Assembly: GCF_000017945.1 (NCBI RefSeq) | Contig: NC_009776.1 | Location: 570,001 to 602,000 of the forward strand | Direction: 5' to 3' | Length of the DNA: 32,000 nt | Source of the DNA: Ignicoccus hospitalis KIN4/I | GTDB taxonomy: Archaea; Thermoproteota; Thermoprotei_A; Sulfolobales; Ignicoccaceae | Shown here: one piece after another, positions 20,081 to 28,358 of the stretch | Numbering within the stretch: position 1 is the first letter of the stretch | Layout of the letters: every line of letters begins with the position of its first letter | Made by a program: the position numbers and the translations under genes | The notes under the pieces: model-generated | Told to the model about the DNA's origin: nothing | The model's database searches: none | The model's input: the letters and a program-made list of their open reading frames with translations, nothing else

Positions 20081-20325
20081 CCGGCCACTACGTACCTAAA
20101 TACGACTACCTCCTCAGCGTTCTCACTCTTCCTAATTATCTTCACTATGTCTCCAGGCTTCAAGTCTAGCTCCCTGGCCACCGGGTCGCTCGCCTTCAGC
20201 AGGGGTAATTGCTCAACTCTGAGGCCCCACTTTCTGAGCTCCTCCACGGCCTCCTCCGGGCTCAACTTCACGTGTTGAGGGACGAGGACGTGATCCAAGA
20301 CACTGAACTTCTTTTTACCAGCCAT
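20077..20325 (-). CDS. rpoH: DNA-directed RNA polymerase subunit H
   Basis: [82 protein letters not shown]; ATG at 20325; overlaps rpoB start by 4 nt. Confidence 0.96.
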   Translation of the reverse strand: MAGKKKFSVLDHVLVPQHVKLSPEEAVEELRKWGLRVEQLPLLKASDPVARELDLKPGDIVKIIRKSENAEEVVVFRYVVAG

Positions 20326-20361
20326 CCTACGCCCCTCTGGGCTCGCTGGGGGAGTAATAAA

Positions 20362-21345
20362 ATGGAATACGAGGTCCGGGCGAGCTGCCACGCCGCCGAG
20401 AAGTGGAGGAGGGCCACCCTCTCGGCCGCCTTGGGCGCTGCCTCGGCCTTGTTGCTTAGTCCTTGGTTGGAGGCGGTGCTCCTCCCCTCGGCCGCCCTCT
20501 TCGCGGCGTCCTTCCAAATCTTGGCTTGCAACAGAGAAAAGAAGATAACCGTGAGGAGGGAAGTTCAAGTAAAGGAGAAGAGGGCCCTCGTCACCGTGAG
20601 CGCTCCCCCGGGGACCTACATAAAGGATTACCCCTCCGCCCCTCCCGTGAGCGGGAGCCCGGAGGGGTTCGAGAGGGTTACGTACGTAATAGACTTGGAC
20701 TTGAACCCGTTCGTGTTTTGGCCTGGAACGTACCTCAAGGTAAAGGAGGGGCAGTGCGAGTGTACGGCCTTCTTGTCCCTCAACGAGGTCGTCTCCTCGT
20801 GGAGCTTGGAGGGGCTGGGGCTGGGGGAGCCGGTGGAGGTGGAGGGCGGGGACTTCGCTGTCCCGGAGGTGGAGGGGGTTCGGGAGTACGCCCCCGGCGA
20901 CGACCCCCGGCTGGTGGTCTGGAAGACCTTGTACAGCCCGGGAGGGCTCAGGGTAAAGGAGCTCAAGAAGGTCAGGGAAGTGGTGGGCTTGAAGAAGGGA
21001 GTAGCCACCTTCACGTTGGACATCGGGCCGTGGGAGGATAACCCTTGTATGAAGGCCTTCGCAGAGAACTTGGCTAAGTACTTGGAGGGCGTCGGGATGA
21101 AGAGGGTAAGCGGCCGCGCGGACGTGGCGGTCTTGGCCCCGGGGGGCAAGGGGGAGGCCGAGCTGTACTTGCTCTTGAACCCGCTCGCGTGCCTCCCGAG
21201 CGTCGAGGGCTTCGACGCGCTCGAGCTGGTTAGGGAGGAGGTGCTGAGAGAGTACCTAGCGACAGAAAAGGCCCTCAAGGAGAGGGGCGAAGTAAGGGGC
21301 GTGCCTTGGAGCGTCCCCCCGCGGCGTACGGACTGGCTACGGTAG
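20362..21345 (+). CDS. DUF58 domain protein
   Basis: Two N-terminal TM segments, then [29 protein letters not shown], the DUF58 'REY.PGD..R.I.WK' signature; ATG at 20362. Confidence 0.85.
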   Translation: MEYEVRASCHAAEKWRRATLSAALGAASALLLSPWLEAVLLPSAALFAASFQILACNREKKITVRREVQVKEKRALVTVSAPPGTYIKDYPSAPPVSGSPEGFERVTYVIDLDLNPFVFWPGTYLKVKEGQCECTAFLSLNEVVSSWSLEGLGLGEPVEVEGGDFAVPEVEGVREYAPGDDPRLVVWKTLYSPGGLRVKELKKVREVVGLKKGVATFTLDIGPWEDNPCMKAFAENLAKYLEGVGMKRVSGRADVAVLAPGGKGEAELYLLLNPLACLPSVEGFDALELVREEVLREYLATEKALKERGEVRGVPWSVPPRRTDWLR

Positions 21346-21911
21346 CGGCGCTAGCAGTAGACCCGTTGGCGGGCTCAATCGCCATCATAATATCGTTACT
21401 AATGGCGTATTGTGGGAAGCGCTTCGGCGCCTGGTTCGCGCTCCCCTCGACCTTGCTCGCCTTCTTGGGCGCCCACCTCGACGTCCCTCCTCTAGCGTTG
21501 GGCTCCTTCTTGGCCGCGCTCTACTTGGACCCGGCAATCTCCTTCGCTCCCCTCCCATTCGCCTTGATTGCCGCCGCCAGGGCGCCGCCGGTCAGCCCCC
21601 TCCTAGGGGGCTACCCATCTAGCGTGGTGGCGAAGGTCCCAACAGAGCTTTCGCTGGCCTTCGGCTACCTCCCGTTGCTCCAGCTAGGGGGAGTCGCGCC
21701 GGCGCTGGGCTTCTTGGTAGGCCTCGCGACCGCTCCGCTACTAGACTTCGTATCGAAGTTATGTCCCAACGGGCCGATGATAAAGCTCAGCGAACCTATC
21801 TTCGTAGGTATAGGAGCAGGCCTAATGATAAATGTGGTAAGGCTGAGGTTGAGGTTAATTCAAGGCATAAAGTTTAAACTAGCAGCGCTGCGCAGAGGTC
21901 GCGCATACTGA
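21306..21911 (+). CDS. Uncharacterised multi-pass membrane protein
   Basis: 201 aa with at least 4 hydrophobic helices; TTG start overlaps the DUF58 gene by 40 bp, suggesting an operon. Confidence 0.72.
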   Translation: MERPPAAYGLATVAALAVDPLAGSIAIIISLLMAYCGKRFGAWFALPSTLLAFLGAHLDVPPLALGSFLAALYLDPAISFAPLPFALIAAARAPPVSPLLGGYPSSVVAKVPTELSLAFGYLPLLQLGGVAPALGFLVGLATAPLLDFVSKLCPNGPMIKLSEPIFVGIGAGLMINVVRLRLRLIQGIKFKLAALRRGRAY

Positions 21912-22269
21912 TTATCCCTAATACCTTCTCCCCGCTAACGACCACCAAGTGCCTTATGCCGTTCTCTATCATTATTCTAAGGGCCTCCTTTATCGGAGTC
22001 TCGGGAGTTACCGTGATTACGTCTTTCCACGGCGTCATGTAATATTTTACCTTAGCCCTGTTCGGATCTGCGCCCAGGGCAAGGGCCGCTATTACGTCGC
22101 GCTCCGTGAGCAAGCCCGCCGCCGCGACGCCGCCCTCCTCCTCTCTGGTGACCAAGAGCGCCCCTATGCCGTTCTCGTGCATGAGCTCGACCGCCTCGCC
22201 TATGGTGGCTTCCTCATCTATCGTTATTATCATACGTTCCCTACCGAAGTACTTTTCTATAGAGCTCAA
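21874..22269 (-). CDS. CBS-domain pair protein
   Basis: ENGIGALLVTREEEGGVAAAGLLTERDVIAALALG...MTPWKDVITVTPETPIKEALRIMIENGIRHLVVVSGEKVLGIISMRDL. Confidence 0.9.
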   Translation of the reverse strand: MSSIEKYFGRERMIITIDEEATIGEAVELMHENGIGALLVTREEEGGVAAAGLLTERDVIAALALGADPNRAKVKYYMTPWKDVITVTPETPIKEALRIMIENGIRHLVVVSGEKVLGIISMRDLCAALLV

Positions 22270-22326
22270 TGCCCTCTCCCGGAGCGGTTTGAAGTGCGAG
22301 TTTTTAGGTTGCGAGGGGCCGGGTGA

Positions 22327-22344
22327 GCTCGCTTTAAAGCGAGC
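22327..22344. promoter_or_regulatory. Perfect 18-bp palindrome GCTCGCTTTAAAGCGAGC between divergent CBS and dphB-cluster genes
   Basis: Exact palindrome centred on TTTAAA, itself a TATA-like sequence usable in both directions. Confidence 0.6.
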
Positions 22345-22434
22345 CCCTTAGAGGCGCCGTTCGGTGGAAGCATCATAGCCTTTGCACAAGACGCCAACGT
22401 TACGGCAGTAAAGATTTGTTCGTCTGACGTAACC

Positions 22435-22536
22435 ATGTTCGTTGCGGCAATGATAGGCGTCGCGGTGGCCGCCGTGGTAGGCGTGGGGGTGGGGCTGTAC
22501 TTGTGTAAGAGGTCCTTGAAGGTGGTGAAGGAGTGA
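22435..22536 (+). CDS. Small single-span membrane protein (at least 33 aa; true start uncertain), coupled to dphB
   Basis: ATG 22435: MFVAAMIGVAVAAVVGVGVGLYLCKRSLKVVKE; its TGA (22534-22536) overlaps the dphB GTG (22533-22535). The open frame continues upstream as ...SIIAFAQDANVTAVKICSSDVT. Not in the ORF track. Confidence 0.4.
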   Translation: MFVAAMIGVAVAAVVGVGVGLYLCKRSLKVVKE

Positions 22537-23255
22537 AGTTCGTGCTGGCCGGGGCCGGCTTGAGGTGCGAACACTTAAACGAAAGGGTCAAGAGGGCCAT
22601 ATTAGAAGCGGAAGAGGTCTGGGTAGACACCTACACCAGCCCCTTCCCCGGGGGGCTGCTCAACTGCGTAAAGGGGGTAAGGGAGGACGCCTTAGAGGCC
22701 GACAGAAGCGTCTTAGAGGGTCCCTTTAGGTTCTCGAAGAGCGTAACTTTGGTAGTTCCCGGCGACCCCATGGCCGCGACTGCCCACTCCGCCCTGTTGC
22801 TGGAAGCGAGGAGGAGGGGGTACTCCGTTCAGATAATCTCGAACGTCTCGGCGCTGCAAGCGGCGAGGAGCAAGAGCGGCCTCTCCCAGTACCGCTTCGG
22901 CAAGGTAGTCACTTTGATGTATCCTAAGGAGGGAATCTCCTTCACCGAGTCGGTATATAACGTAATAAAGGATAACGACTCAATGAACTTACATACCATA
23001 GTCTTGTTGGAGACAGGCTACGGGAGGGACATGACCGTTCCGGAGGCGGCGAGGCTCCTCTGCGAGTACGAAGAGCTCTGCGACCGAAGGGCGATAGCCA
23101 TGGCCCGCTTGTGCTGGGACGACGAAACGATAAAGGTAGCCAAGTTAAGGGAACTCGCCGAGTCCGACTTGGGCGGGCCCCCGCACTTGCTCGTCTTCCC
23201 CTCACCCAAGCTCCATCCTATTGAAGAAGAATTTATCGAAGCGGTCCTCAAATGA
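22533..23255 (+). CDS. dphB: Diphthine synthase
   Basis: FVLAGAGLRCEHL, EVWVDTYTSPF, LVVPGDPMAATAHSAL, ALQAARSKSGLSQYRFGKVVTLMYP, GGPPHLLVFPSPKLHPIEEEFI. Confidence 0.96.
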   Translation: MKFVLAGAGLRCEHLNERVKRAILEAEEVWVDTYTSPFPGGLLNCVKGVREDALEADRSVLEGPFRFSKSVTLVVPGDPMAATAHSALLLEARRRGYSVQIISNVSALQAARSKSGLSQYRFGKVVTLMYPKEGISFTESVYNVIKDNDSMNLHTIVLLETGYGRDMTVPEAARLLCEYEELCDRRAIAMARLCWDDETIKVAKLRELAESDLGGPPHLLVFPSPKLHPIEEEFIEAVLK

Positions 23256-23322
23256 TACTGACGTGTTCCCCGCACCCCCTTTTTAGCTACACCCCGATAC
23301 TACGCAGACACCGGGTGAGGGC

Positions 23323-23499
23323 GTGAGGCTGGTAACGGTCAAGATGCCGGAAGCTTACGTGGAAGCGATAGATGAATTGGTCAGGAAGGGGAGGTTCACT
23401 TCTAGGAGTGAGGCCATAAGGGTGGCTATTAGGGAGCTCTTGAGGAGGGAGCTCTGGGTTAGAGAGTTAGAAGAGGAGGAAGAAGAGCTCATCGACTGA
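23323..23499 (+). CDS. Ribbon-helix-helix (CopG/NikR-type) DNA-binding protein, 58 aa
   Basis: GTG 23323: VRLVTVKMPEAYVEAIDELVRKGRFTSRSEAIRVAIRELLRRELWVRELEEEEEELID, a classic archaeal RHH fold. Missing from the ORF track (below 60 aa). Confidence 0.88.
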   Translation: MRLVTVKMPEAYVEAIDELVRKGRFTSRSEAIRVAIRELLRRELWVRELEEEEEELID

Positions 23500-24235
23500 G
23501 CTCCCTCCCCTTCTCTCCTAAGACTTTAGCTATTTTACCGAAGACCCCCTCCTCTTCGAGCTTCAAGAGCATCTCGACGGTGATGCCCCCGGGGGTCTCG
23601 ACCTTAGAGCGCAACTTGTAGGGGTCGTACTTCTCTAACATCTTTATCGTTCCTATTATTGACTCCCTAGCCAACTCCTCGGCCAGCGACCTCTCCACCC
23701 CGGAGGCCACCAAGGCCTCCACGGCCGAGCGGAAGTATTCCGCGTGCACCGCCGGGCCCGAGCCCACCACGGGGAGGGCGGCGTCCAGTACCCTCTCGTT
23801 GACCCAGTAGACCTTGCCCAGCTTCCCCCATACGGCCTCCACTACCGAGTCAGCTCCGCCTCCCCTTTCAGCGACCAGCACGGGGGAGCTGTTTACCTCT
23901 ACCGTCACGGAGGGCATGACTCTGTAAACCTTGTCTGCGTACTTCTTTAGCTCTCCCAGCTTCACCAAGGCGGCCGTGGAGGTTATCGGGACTTCGACCC
24001 CTCTCAGCTCCTTCATGACTGCCGGAACGGCCGAGGGCGGGACGGCGACTATTATTAGGTCTACCCCCTCCGCGCAAGCCCTCATGGGCACGACGGAAAA
24101 GCCGTCCTCGCGCGCCCACTCGTCGGTGGGGGGTAGCGTGGAAACGGTCACCTCAACGCCGGCGTTCCTCAACCCCTTAGCTATCGAGGAACCCAGCTTG
24201 CCGTAGCCGATTAAGCAAACCTTCAAGGACTTCAC
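23489..24235 (-). CDS. proC: Pyrroline-5-carboxylate reductase-like protein
   Basis: LKVCLIGYGKLGSSIAKGLRNAGVEV, VVPMRACAEGVDLIIVAVPPSAV, YRVMPSVTVEVN, LPVVGSGPAVHAEYFRSAVEALVASGVERSLAEELARESIIGT. GTG 24235 preferred. Confidence 0.85.
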   Translation of the reverse strand: MKSLKVCLIGYGKLGSSIAKGLRNAGVEVTVSTLPPTDEWAREDGFSVVPMRACAEGVDLIIVAVPPSAVPAVMKELRGVEVPITSTAALVKLGELKKYADKVYRVMPSVTVEVNSSPVLVAERGGGADSVVEAVWGKLGKVYWVNERVLDAALPVVGSGPAVHAEYFRSAVEALVASGVERSLAEELARESIIGTIKMLEKYDPYKLRSKVETPGGITVEMLLKLEEEGVFGKIAKVLGEKGRELSR

Positions 24236-24260
24236 CGGGATAGGGGTTGAGGGGGAGCTT

Positions 24261-24428
24261 TTAGGGCCCCGCGGCCTTCTCGAAGAGCTTTCCCAAGAGC
24301 TCCGCCAAAGAACCGGCAACCACTGCCGCGAACAAGTACGTCCCTAAAATCAAAGGGTTCTGGTATATCACGCTTAACATTAGGCCTATACCCATAACAC
24401 TCGAGAAGGTCGTAATGAAGTACCTCAC
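24261..24428 (-). CDS. Small membrane protein (55 aa)
   Basis: VRYFITTFSSVMGIGLMLSVIYQNPLILGTYLFAAVVAGSLAELLGKLFEKAAGP; two hydrophobic helices; starts 10 nt after the Nob1 stop. Missing from the ORF track. Confidence 0.6.
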   Translation of the reverse strand: MRYFITTFSSVMGIGLMLSVIYQNPLILGTYLFAAVVAGSLAELLGKLFEKAAGP

Positions 24429-24438
24429 TACGCCTCCC

Positions 24439-24939
24439 TCAACCCTCGCGGGAAGCTAGCTTCGAGGGACGCCTCCTCAAAACTGAGCCGCAGTCCGGGC
24501 AGACCTTAACCCACGGCGGGTACTCCTTCCTACAGAACGGGCAGTAATTGACCCACTTGATTACTCCGCCTATCCCCTTGGTCCTCACGCTCCTCGCTTC
24601 CAAACCGAAGCTCTTGGCCACGTTAAGTACTCCGTAGTCGTCGCTCAAAAGCGTGGCGTGCAGCTGGAGGGCGAGGGCCACCACCGCGACGTCCGTTTCG
24701 CTCAGCCTCTCCCCCAGCTCCTCGCACCTCTTCTTTACCTTTATCACGTATGCTTTATCGGGCTCCATCACCTTCAGCTTCGCTTCGTAACGTTTCAAGG
24801 CGTCCTTGGAGTCCTTGTCCTTCACCTCTTTCAAGTTGAGCGGGGTGGTGTAGTTCTCCCCGGGCATCAGAGACGGCATGCCCGCCAAGAGGGAGCCGGT
24901 GTCGTGGACGAACTTCGTAACCCCACCCTCGGGGCGCAC
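24439..24939 (-). CDS. nob1: Nob1-type endoribonuclease (PIN domain + zinc ribbon)
   Basis: KFVHDTGSLLAG, LSETDVAVVALALQLHATLLSDDYGVLNVAKSFGL (PIN), KWVNYCPFCRKEYPPWVKVCPDCGSVLRRR (zinc ribbon). Start may be GTG 24921. Confidence 0.88.
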   Translation of the reverse strand: MRPEGGVTKFVHDTGSLLAGMPSLMPGENYTTPLNLKEVKDKDSKDALKRYEAKLKVMEPDKAYVIKVKKRCEELGERLSETDVAVVALALQLHATLLSDDYGVLNVAKSFGLEARSVRTKGIGGVIKWVNYCPFCRKEYPPWVKVCPDCGSVLRRRPSKLASREG

Positions 24940-24988
24940 GGAGCCTTGCGAATAAAGTTCCCCTCAACCCGGCCGAGGGGACGGAAAG

Positions 24989-25543
24989 GTGAAGCCCTAC
25001 GAGGCCGAGGCGAGGTTCTTCGTCCACGAAGGCTTCAAAGAAACGCTAGAGAGGATGGGTTTCAAAGTAGTGTACGAGTACAAGTTCGTGGACCACTTCT
25101 ACTGTCCTCCGGGGGGCTGGAGGGAAGAGGGCAAGACGCTTAGGGCTAGGGACTGGGGAGGTCGCTGCGAGGTCCTCTTTACTCGCGTGGAGAAGCTGAA
25201 GTTCGGCGACTTGGAGTTCAAGCGCAGCTTGTACCCCCAAGGCAAGGTCAAGCTCTACGAGGGCAGCTTGGAGGAGTGCGTCAAGCTCCTCGAGGACATG
25301 GAGTTCGTGAAATGCGGCGAGGTCCGCAAGGAGGAGGGCTACATAATGAGCAACGGTGACGTCGAAGTCGCCTTGGAAAAGATAAACGGCAAGTGGGTGC
25401 TGGAGGTAGAGGTAGAGGGCGCGGACCCCAACTCAGCTTACTTGAAAATGAAGGAAATTATGAAACTCTTGGGTCTGAAGTCGCCGACATCTAAGTCCAC
25501 CTTCGAGCTCTTCAGTAATACCAATACCACAGGCCCCTCTTGA
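24989..25543 (+). CDS. CYTH-domain protein (CyaB/triphosphatase-like)
   Basis: EAEARFFV start, FVDHFYCPPGG..REEGKTLRARDWGGRCEVLFTRVEK, VEVALEKINGKWVLEVEVEG. Confidence 0.78.
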   Translation: MKPYEAEARFFVHEGFKETLERMGFKVVYEYKFVDHFYCPPGGWREEGKTLRARDWGGRCEVLFTRVEKLKFGDLEFKRSLYPQGKVKLYEGSLEECVKLLEDMEFVKCGEVRKEEGYIMSNGDVEVALEKINGKWVLEVEVEGADPNSAYLKMKEIMKLLGLKSPTSKSTFELFSNTNTTGPS

Positions 25544-25937
25544 CCAGCCCTCCCGAGCACCTCCCTTCGGGCAAACAAGCTATGACCTCTCCTTTGCTAA
25601 CCAAGGGGTAAGGCGGACCGCTGAGGGCGAACACCGGGTCGTAACCCCGTGGCCCCCTGACCGCCCGCCCCCCACCACAATCGCACACGACCGCCCAAGC
25701 CCAGCCCAAGTCGAAAGCCTCGCACAAGCCTTCGGCGCGCTCGAGGCCGGAGAGCCTGTGCAAGGGTATTTGGGTGTCGTAAGGGTCCACTAGGCTGCCC
25801 TTGTACAAGTAGTAACACGCAGCCGGCTTCTTCAAGACCCTTTCGACGTCTCCCTTTCTCACCCTCAGCTTCAACAAGTATGAGGATAGCAAGTCCTTCC
25901 TCGAGTAGACCCTCCGGAGCTCCTCTTCATAGGTCAT
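25512..25937 (-). CDS. Uncharacterised protein (141 aa) overlapping lysK start
   Basis: ORF with ATG start overlapping the upstream lysK stop by 11 bp; ends convergently within the CYTH gene. No family recognised. Confidence 0.65.
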   Translation of the reverse strand: MTYEEELRRVYSRKDLLSSYLLKLRVRKGDVERVLKKPAACYYLYKGSLVDPYDTQIPLHRLSGLERAEGLCEAFDLGWAWAVVCDCGGGRAVRGPRGYDPVFALSGPPYPLVSKGEVIACLPEGRCSGGLVKRGLWYWYY

Positions 25938-26946
25938 CGGCGAGCTCCCTTCCGGCCGCCACGTAGGTCTTCACGGCCGTCTCCAACTCCTCCTTAGTTA
26001 TGACTTCCTTCTCAGTGTGCGAGAGCTCGCTGGCGCCGGGCCCGTAAGCAGCGATGCTCTCCACTGAACCACCTAGGACGTTCATGTCGCTAGTTCCCCT
26101 CTTCCTAACGAACTTCCCCTTAACCCCGTGCTGGAGCAGCGCCCTCCTCAAAGCTCTGGGCACCGGAGAGGTGGGCTTCACCTCCACCGGCCCCAACCAG
26201 TCCTTCAAGGTTACCTCGCACTCCGAGAAACTGTCCAAAATGTCCTCCAACTTTACGGAGGCGGGGAACCGCACGTCGAAGCGAGCTATGACCTCGGTGG
26301 GGAGGACGTTGAACGCGTTCCAACTCTTAATGGACGTAAGGCTCACTGTGGCCGGGCTGAGCCTCTCCTTCGCCTTCTGGTAAATTCCCCACAGCTTCTC
26401 TACCGCGTTCTCCCCGACCTCTGGTGAGGAGGCGTGGCCGCCCTTGGCTCTGCACTTCACCTCCAGCCACGCGTACCCCCTGTAGCCCACGACCACGTCG
26501 CGCGTGTTGGAGGGCTCGCCTATTATTACGTACTTCAGTTTGGGGCCGTGGTCCCTCAAGTACTTTGCCCCGCGGCTGTCGTCCTCCTCGCCGACCATCG
26601 CCCCCAGCAGAACGTCCTTGCCCTCCTCCGCCAGCTTGATCAACGCTTCACTCATGGCCGACAGAGGCCCCTTGGCGTCCACTGCCCCCCTCCCGCTTAT
26701 GGAGTTCTCCGTGATCTTGGGTTCCCAGAACCCGGGGACCGTATCTATGTGGGAGATCAGCGCCAGCGAGTACTCGGACTTCCTCTTGGGAGCCGCCAGC
26801 ACGTTGCCCGCCCCGTCCCTCCAGACCTCCAAAGTGCCGCCGCTGAGCTCCTCCAAGGCCTCTGCCAACGTCTCCGCCGCCTCGTCCTCCTCGCCGCTGG
26901 GCGAGTAGACGGATACTATTCTCTTCAACACTTCAAAGGCTATCAT
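25927..26946 (-). CDS. lysK: N-acetyl-lysine/N-acetyl-ornithine deacetylase (M20 family)
   Basis: SPSGEEDEAAE, SHIDTVPGFWEPKI, GRGAVDAKGPLSAM, GAMVGEEDDSRGAKYL, IIGEPSNTRDVVVGYRGYAWLEVKCRAKGGHASSP, RKRGTSDMNVL, YGPGASELSHTEKE. Confidence 0.92.
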   Translation of the reverse strand: MIAFEVLKRIVSVYSPSGEEDEAAETLAEALEELSGGTLEVWRDGAGNVLAAPKRKSEYSLALISHIDTVPGFWEPKITENSISGRGAVDAKGPLSAMSEALIKLAEEGKDVLLGAMVGEEDDSRGAKYLRDHGPKLKYVIIGEPSNTRDVVVGYRGYAWLEVKCRAKGGHASSPEVGENAVEKLWGIYQKAKERLSPATVSLTSIKSWNAFNVLPTEVIARFDVRFPASVKLEDILDSFSECEVTLKDWLGPVEVKPTSPVPRALRRALLQHGVKGKFVRKRGTSDMNVLGGSVESIAAYGPGASELSHTEKEVITKEELETAVKTYVAAGRELADDL

Positions 26947-26990
26947 CCGTACCCCTCGCTCCGCTCACGGGAAGGCTTTTCAAAGAGGGG

Positions 26991-27746
26991 TCAAATCTCC
27001 AAGGGCCTCCAAGGGTAGAGCGACTTCCCCTTCAAACAGTCCTTCAAGGCCTTTAGAGACTCGTCGAGCCACTTGGTCTGGGAGAGTAAGGCCTTCAAAG
27101 GTACTACGGGGAATATAGGTAGGGACACTACGTCCCTAAAGGCTTCGTGTATGTAGTAAACGTCCGCCGTCCTCGCGTCCGCTAGGGCGAGGAGGTACGT
27201 GACCGCCGATTCCGGCTTGAAGCCCCCAGTAGGGTTAACACAAACGCAGCTCTTACAGTCGCCGACTTCCTTGTCCAGTATCTTTCCGTAAGCACACATG
27301 AGGTTCACCAATCCTTCGTAGAAAGTCCCGCGCTTGCCCAAATTGTTAATGACGTACGCCGCCGCCTCGGCCCCCTCCCCCTCTAAGTAAGTCTTCAAGG
27401 CTTTACAGCTCAGCTGTCCGGCGTGGGTGTCGCTACAGAGGAGAATCGCTTTGAGGCCTTGGAGGCTCCCGGCCCTCTTTACCAACGCGTTCAGTTCTGC
27501 GGAGGCTTGGACGGGGTCGTTTTTGATGAATTGTGCTACCTTATCGATGAGGTCGTCCAACGTTAGTCCGGATGCCGACAATACCTTCTTCATGTCTGAA
27601 AGCTCGAGCTCTCCGCGCTCCAACTTGAGCAAGGCGCTGGCCAAGTTCTTGTCGGTGCAAGTCCTTTGGAAGTTCCTGAGGGCGCTGGTGCCCACGCTGA
27701 GCACGTGGGCAGAGCACTCCAACGCCTCTCCCGCAGCGATCAACAC
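26991..27746 (-). CDS. CARF-domain protein, APE2256/Crn1 ring-nuclease-like, orphan; start may be TTG 27722
   Basis: HVLSVGTSALRNFQ at the N-terminus, CVNPTGGFKPESAVTYLLALADARTADVYYIHEAFRDVVSLPIFPV, the hallmark of the APE2256 family (TIGR02619-type) of CRISPR-associated CARF proteins. No HEPN or PD-D/ExK effector domain is visible in 251 aa. Confidence 0.8.
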   Translation of the reverse strand: MLIAAGEALECSAHVLSVGTSALRNFQRTCTDKNLASALLKLERGELELSDMKKVLSASGLTLDDLIDKVAQFIKNDPVQASAELNALVKRAGSLQGLKAILLCSDTHAGQLSCKALKTYLEGEGAEAAAYVINNLGKRGTFYEGLVNLMCAYGKILDKEVGDCKSCVCVNPTGGFKPESAVTYLLALADARTADVYYIHEAFRDVVSLPIFPVVPLKALLSQTKWLDESLKALKDCLKGKSLYPWRPLEI

Positions 27747-27898
27747 TATTGCAGTATTAAGAGAATTGGTCGCCTTTTAGTTAGGAATTCTAACTCAAGC
27801 TCCGTCAATATGTTAAAACTTAGAATCATCCTTCCGCCCAGCTTCTCAAGACTTCGTCTAGCCGTCGTAAAAGCCCTCGGTATTACTCGAAGCGTCGA

Positions 27899-28264
27899 GT
27901 GGGGAAGGCGGCGTTGGGGCTGGAAGAGCTCGTCATGTCCATATATGACCGCATGGAAAGCAAGCTAAAGGACATAGAAGCTAAGAACTTGCAGAAGGTC
28001 GACGACCCCGAGAAGCTCAGGGCAGCGATAGCTAAGGCACTCGAAGAGGTCAAGAAGGGAAGGGAAGAGATGATGGAACTGCTCGAGAGCGGCTCGGCCG
28101 ACCTAGCGACTATAGAACAGAAGATCAACGAGACTTTAGAGAGGGCGAAGCAGTACTTGGGTAAGGACTATACCGGCCTGAGGACGGCGAAGGCCACTTT
28201 CTCCCGCTGCGTCAACATGTACAAGAAGAAGGTCTGGCCCGAAATAGAGAAGGCAGTAGCTTAA
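27899..28264 (+). CDS. Helical/coiled-coil uncharacterised protein (121 aa)
   Basis: ORF with GTG start; almost entirely helix-favouring sequence (MSIYDRMESKLKDIEAKNLQKVDDPEKLRAAIAKALEEVKKGREEMMELL). Confidence 0.7.
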   Translation: MGKAALGLEELVMSIYDRMESKLKDIEAKNLQKVDDPEKLRAAIAKALEEVKKGREEMMELLESGSADLATIEQKINETLERAKQYLGKDYTGLRTAKATFSRCVNMYKKKVWPEIEKAVA

Positions 28265-28339
28265 CTGCGTCGGCCGATGAGTTGTGAGCCCGACCCACGC
28301 GAGCGGTGAGCGGCTACGCCAGTGACGAGGCCTTTTTCC

Positions 28340-28358
28340 CCTCCCCTTCAAGGGGAGG
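28340..28358. repeat. 9-bp inverted repeat CCTCCCCTT-c-AAGGGGAGG
   Basis: Exact arms around a 1-nt centre in the 250-bp gap between the coiled-coil gene and the DUF3800-like gene; preceded by a TTTTT run. Confidence 0.85.

Noticed and set aside
22266-22574. Minus-strand ORF of 102 aa opposite the dphB leader
   Set aside because: Low-complexity PTPTPTTAATATP is the antisense of the hydrophobic small-protein frame; the plus strand is better supported.
27779-27795. Near-palindrome AGTTAGGAATTCTAACT between the CARF and coiled-coil genes as a defined operator
   Set aside because: One mismatched pair and AT-rich; short palindromes like this are expected by chance in promoter DNA. Noted only as a possible site for the orphan CARF gene.
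28270-28332. Box C/D-like motifs (CGATGAG, GTGACGA) after the coiled-coil gene
   Set aside because: No CTGA D box at suitable spacing.
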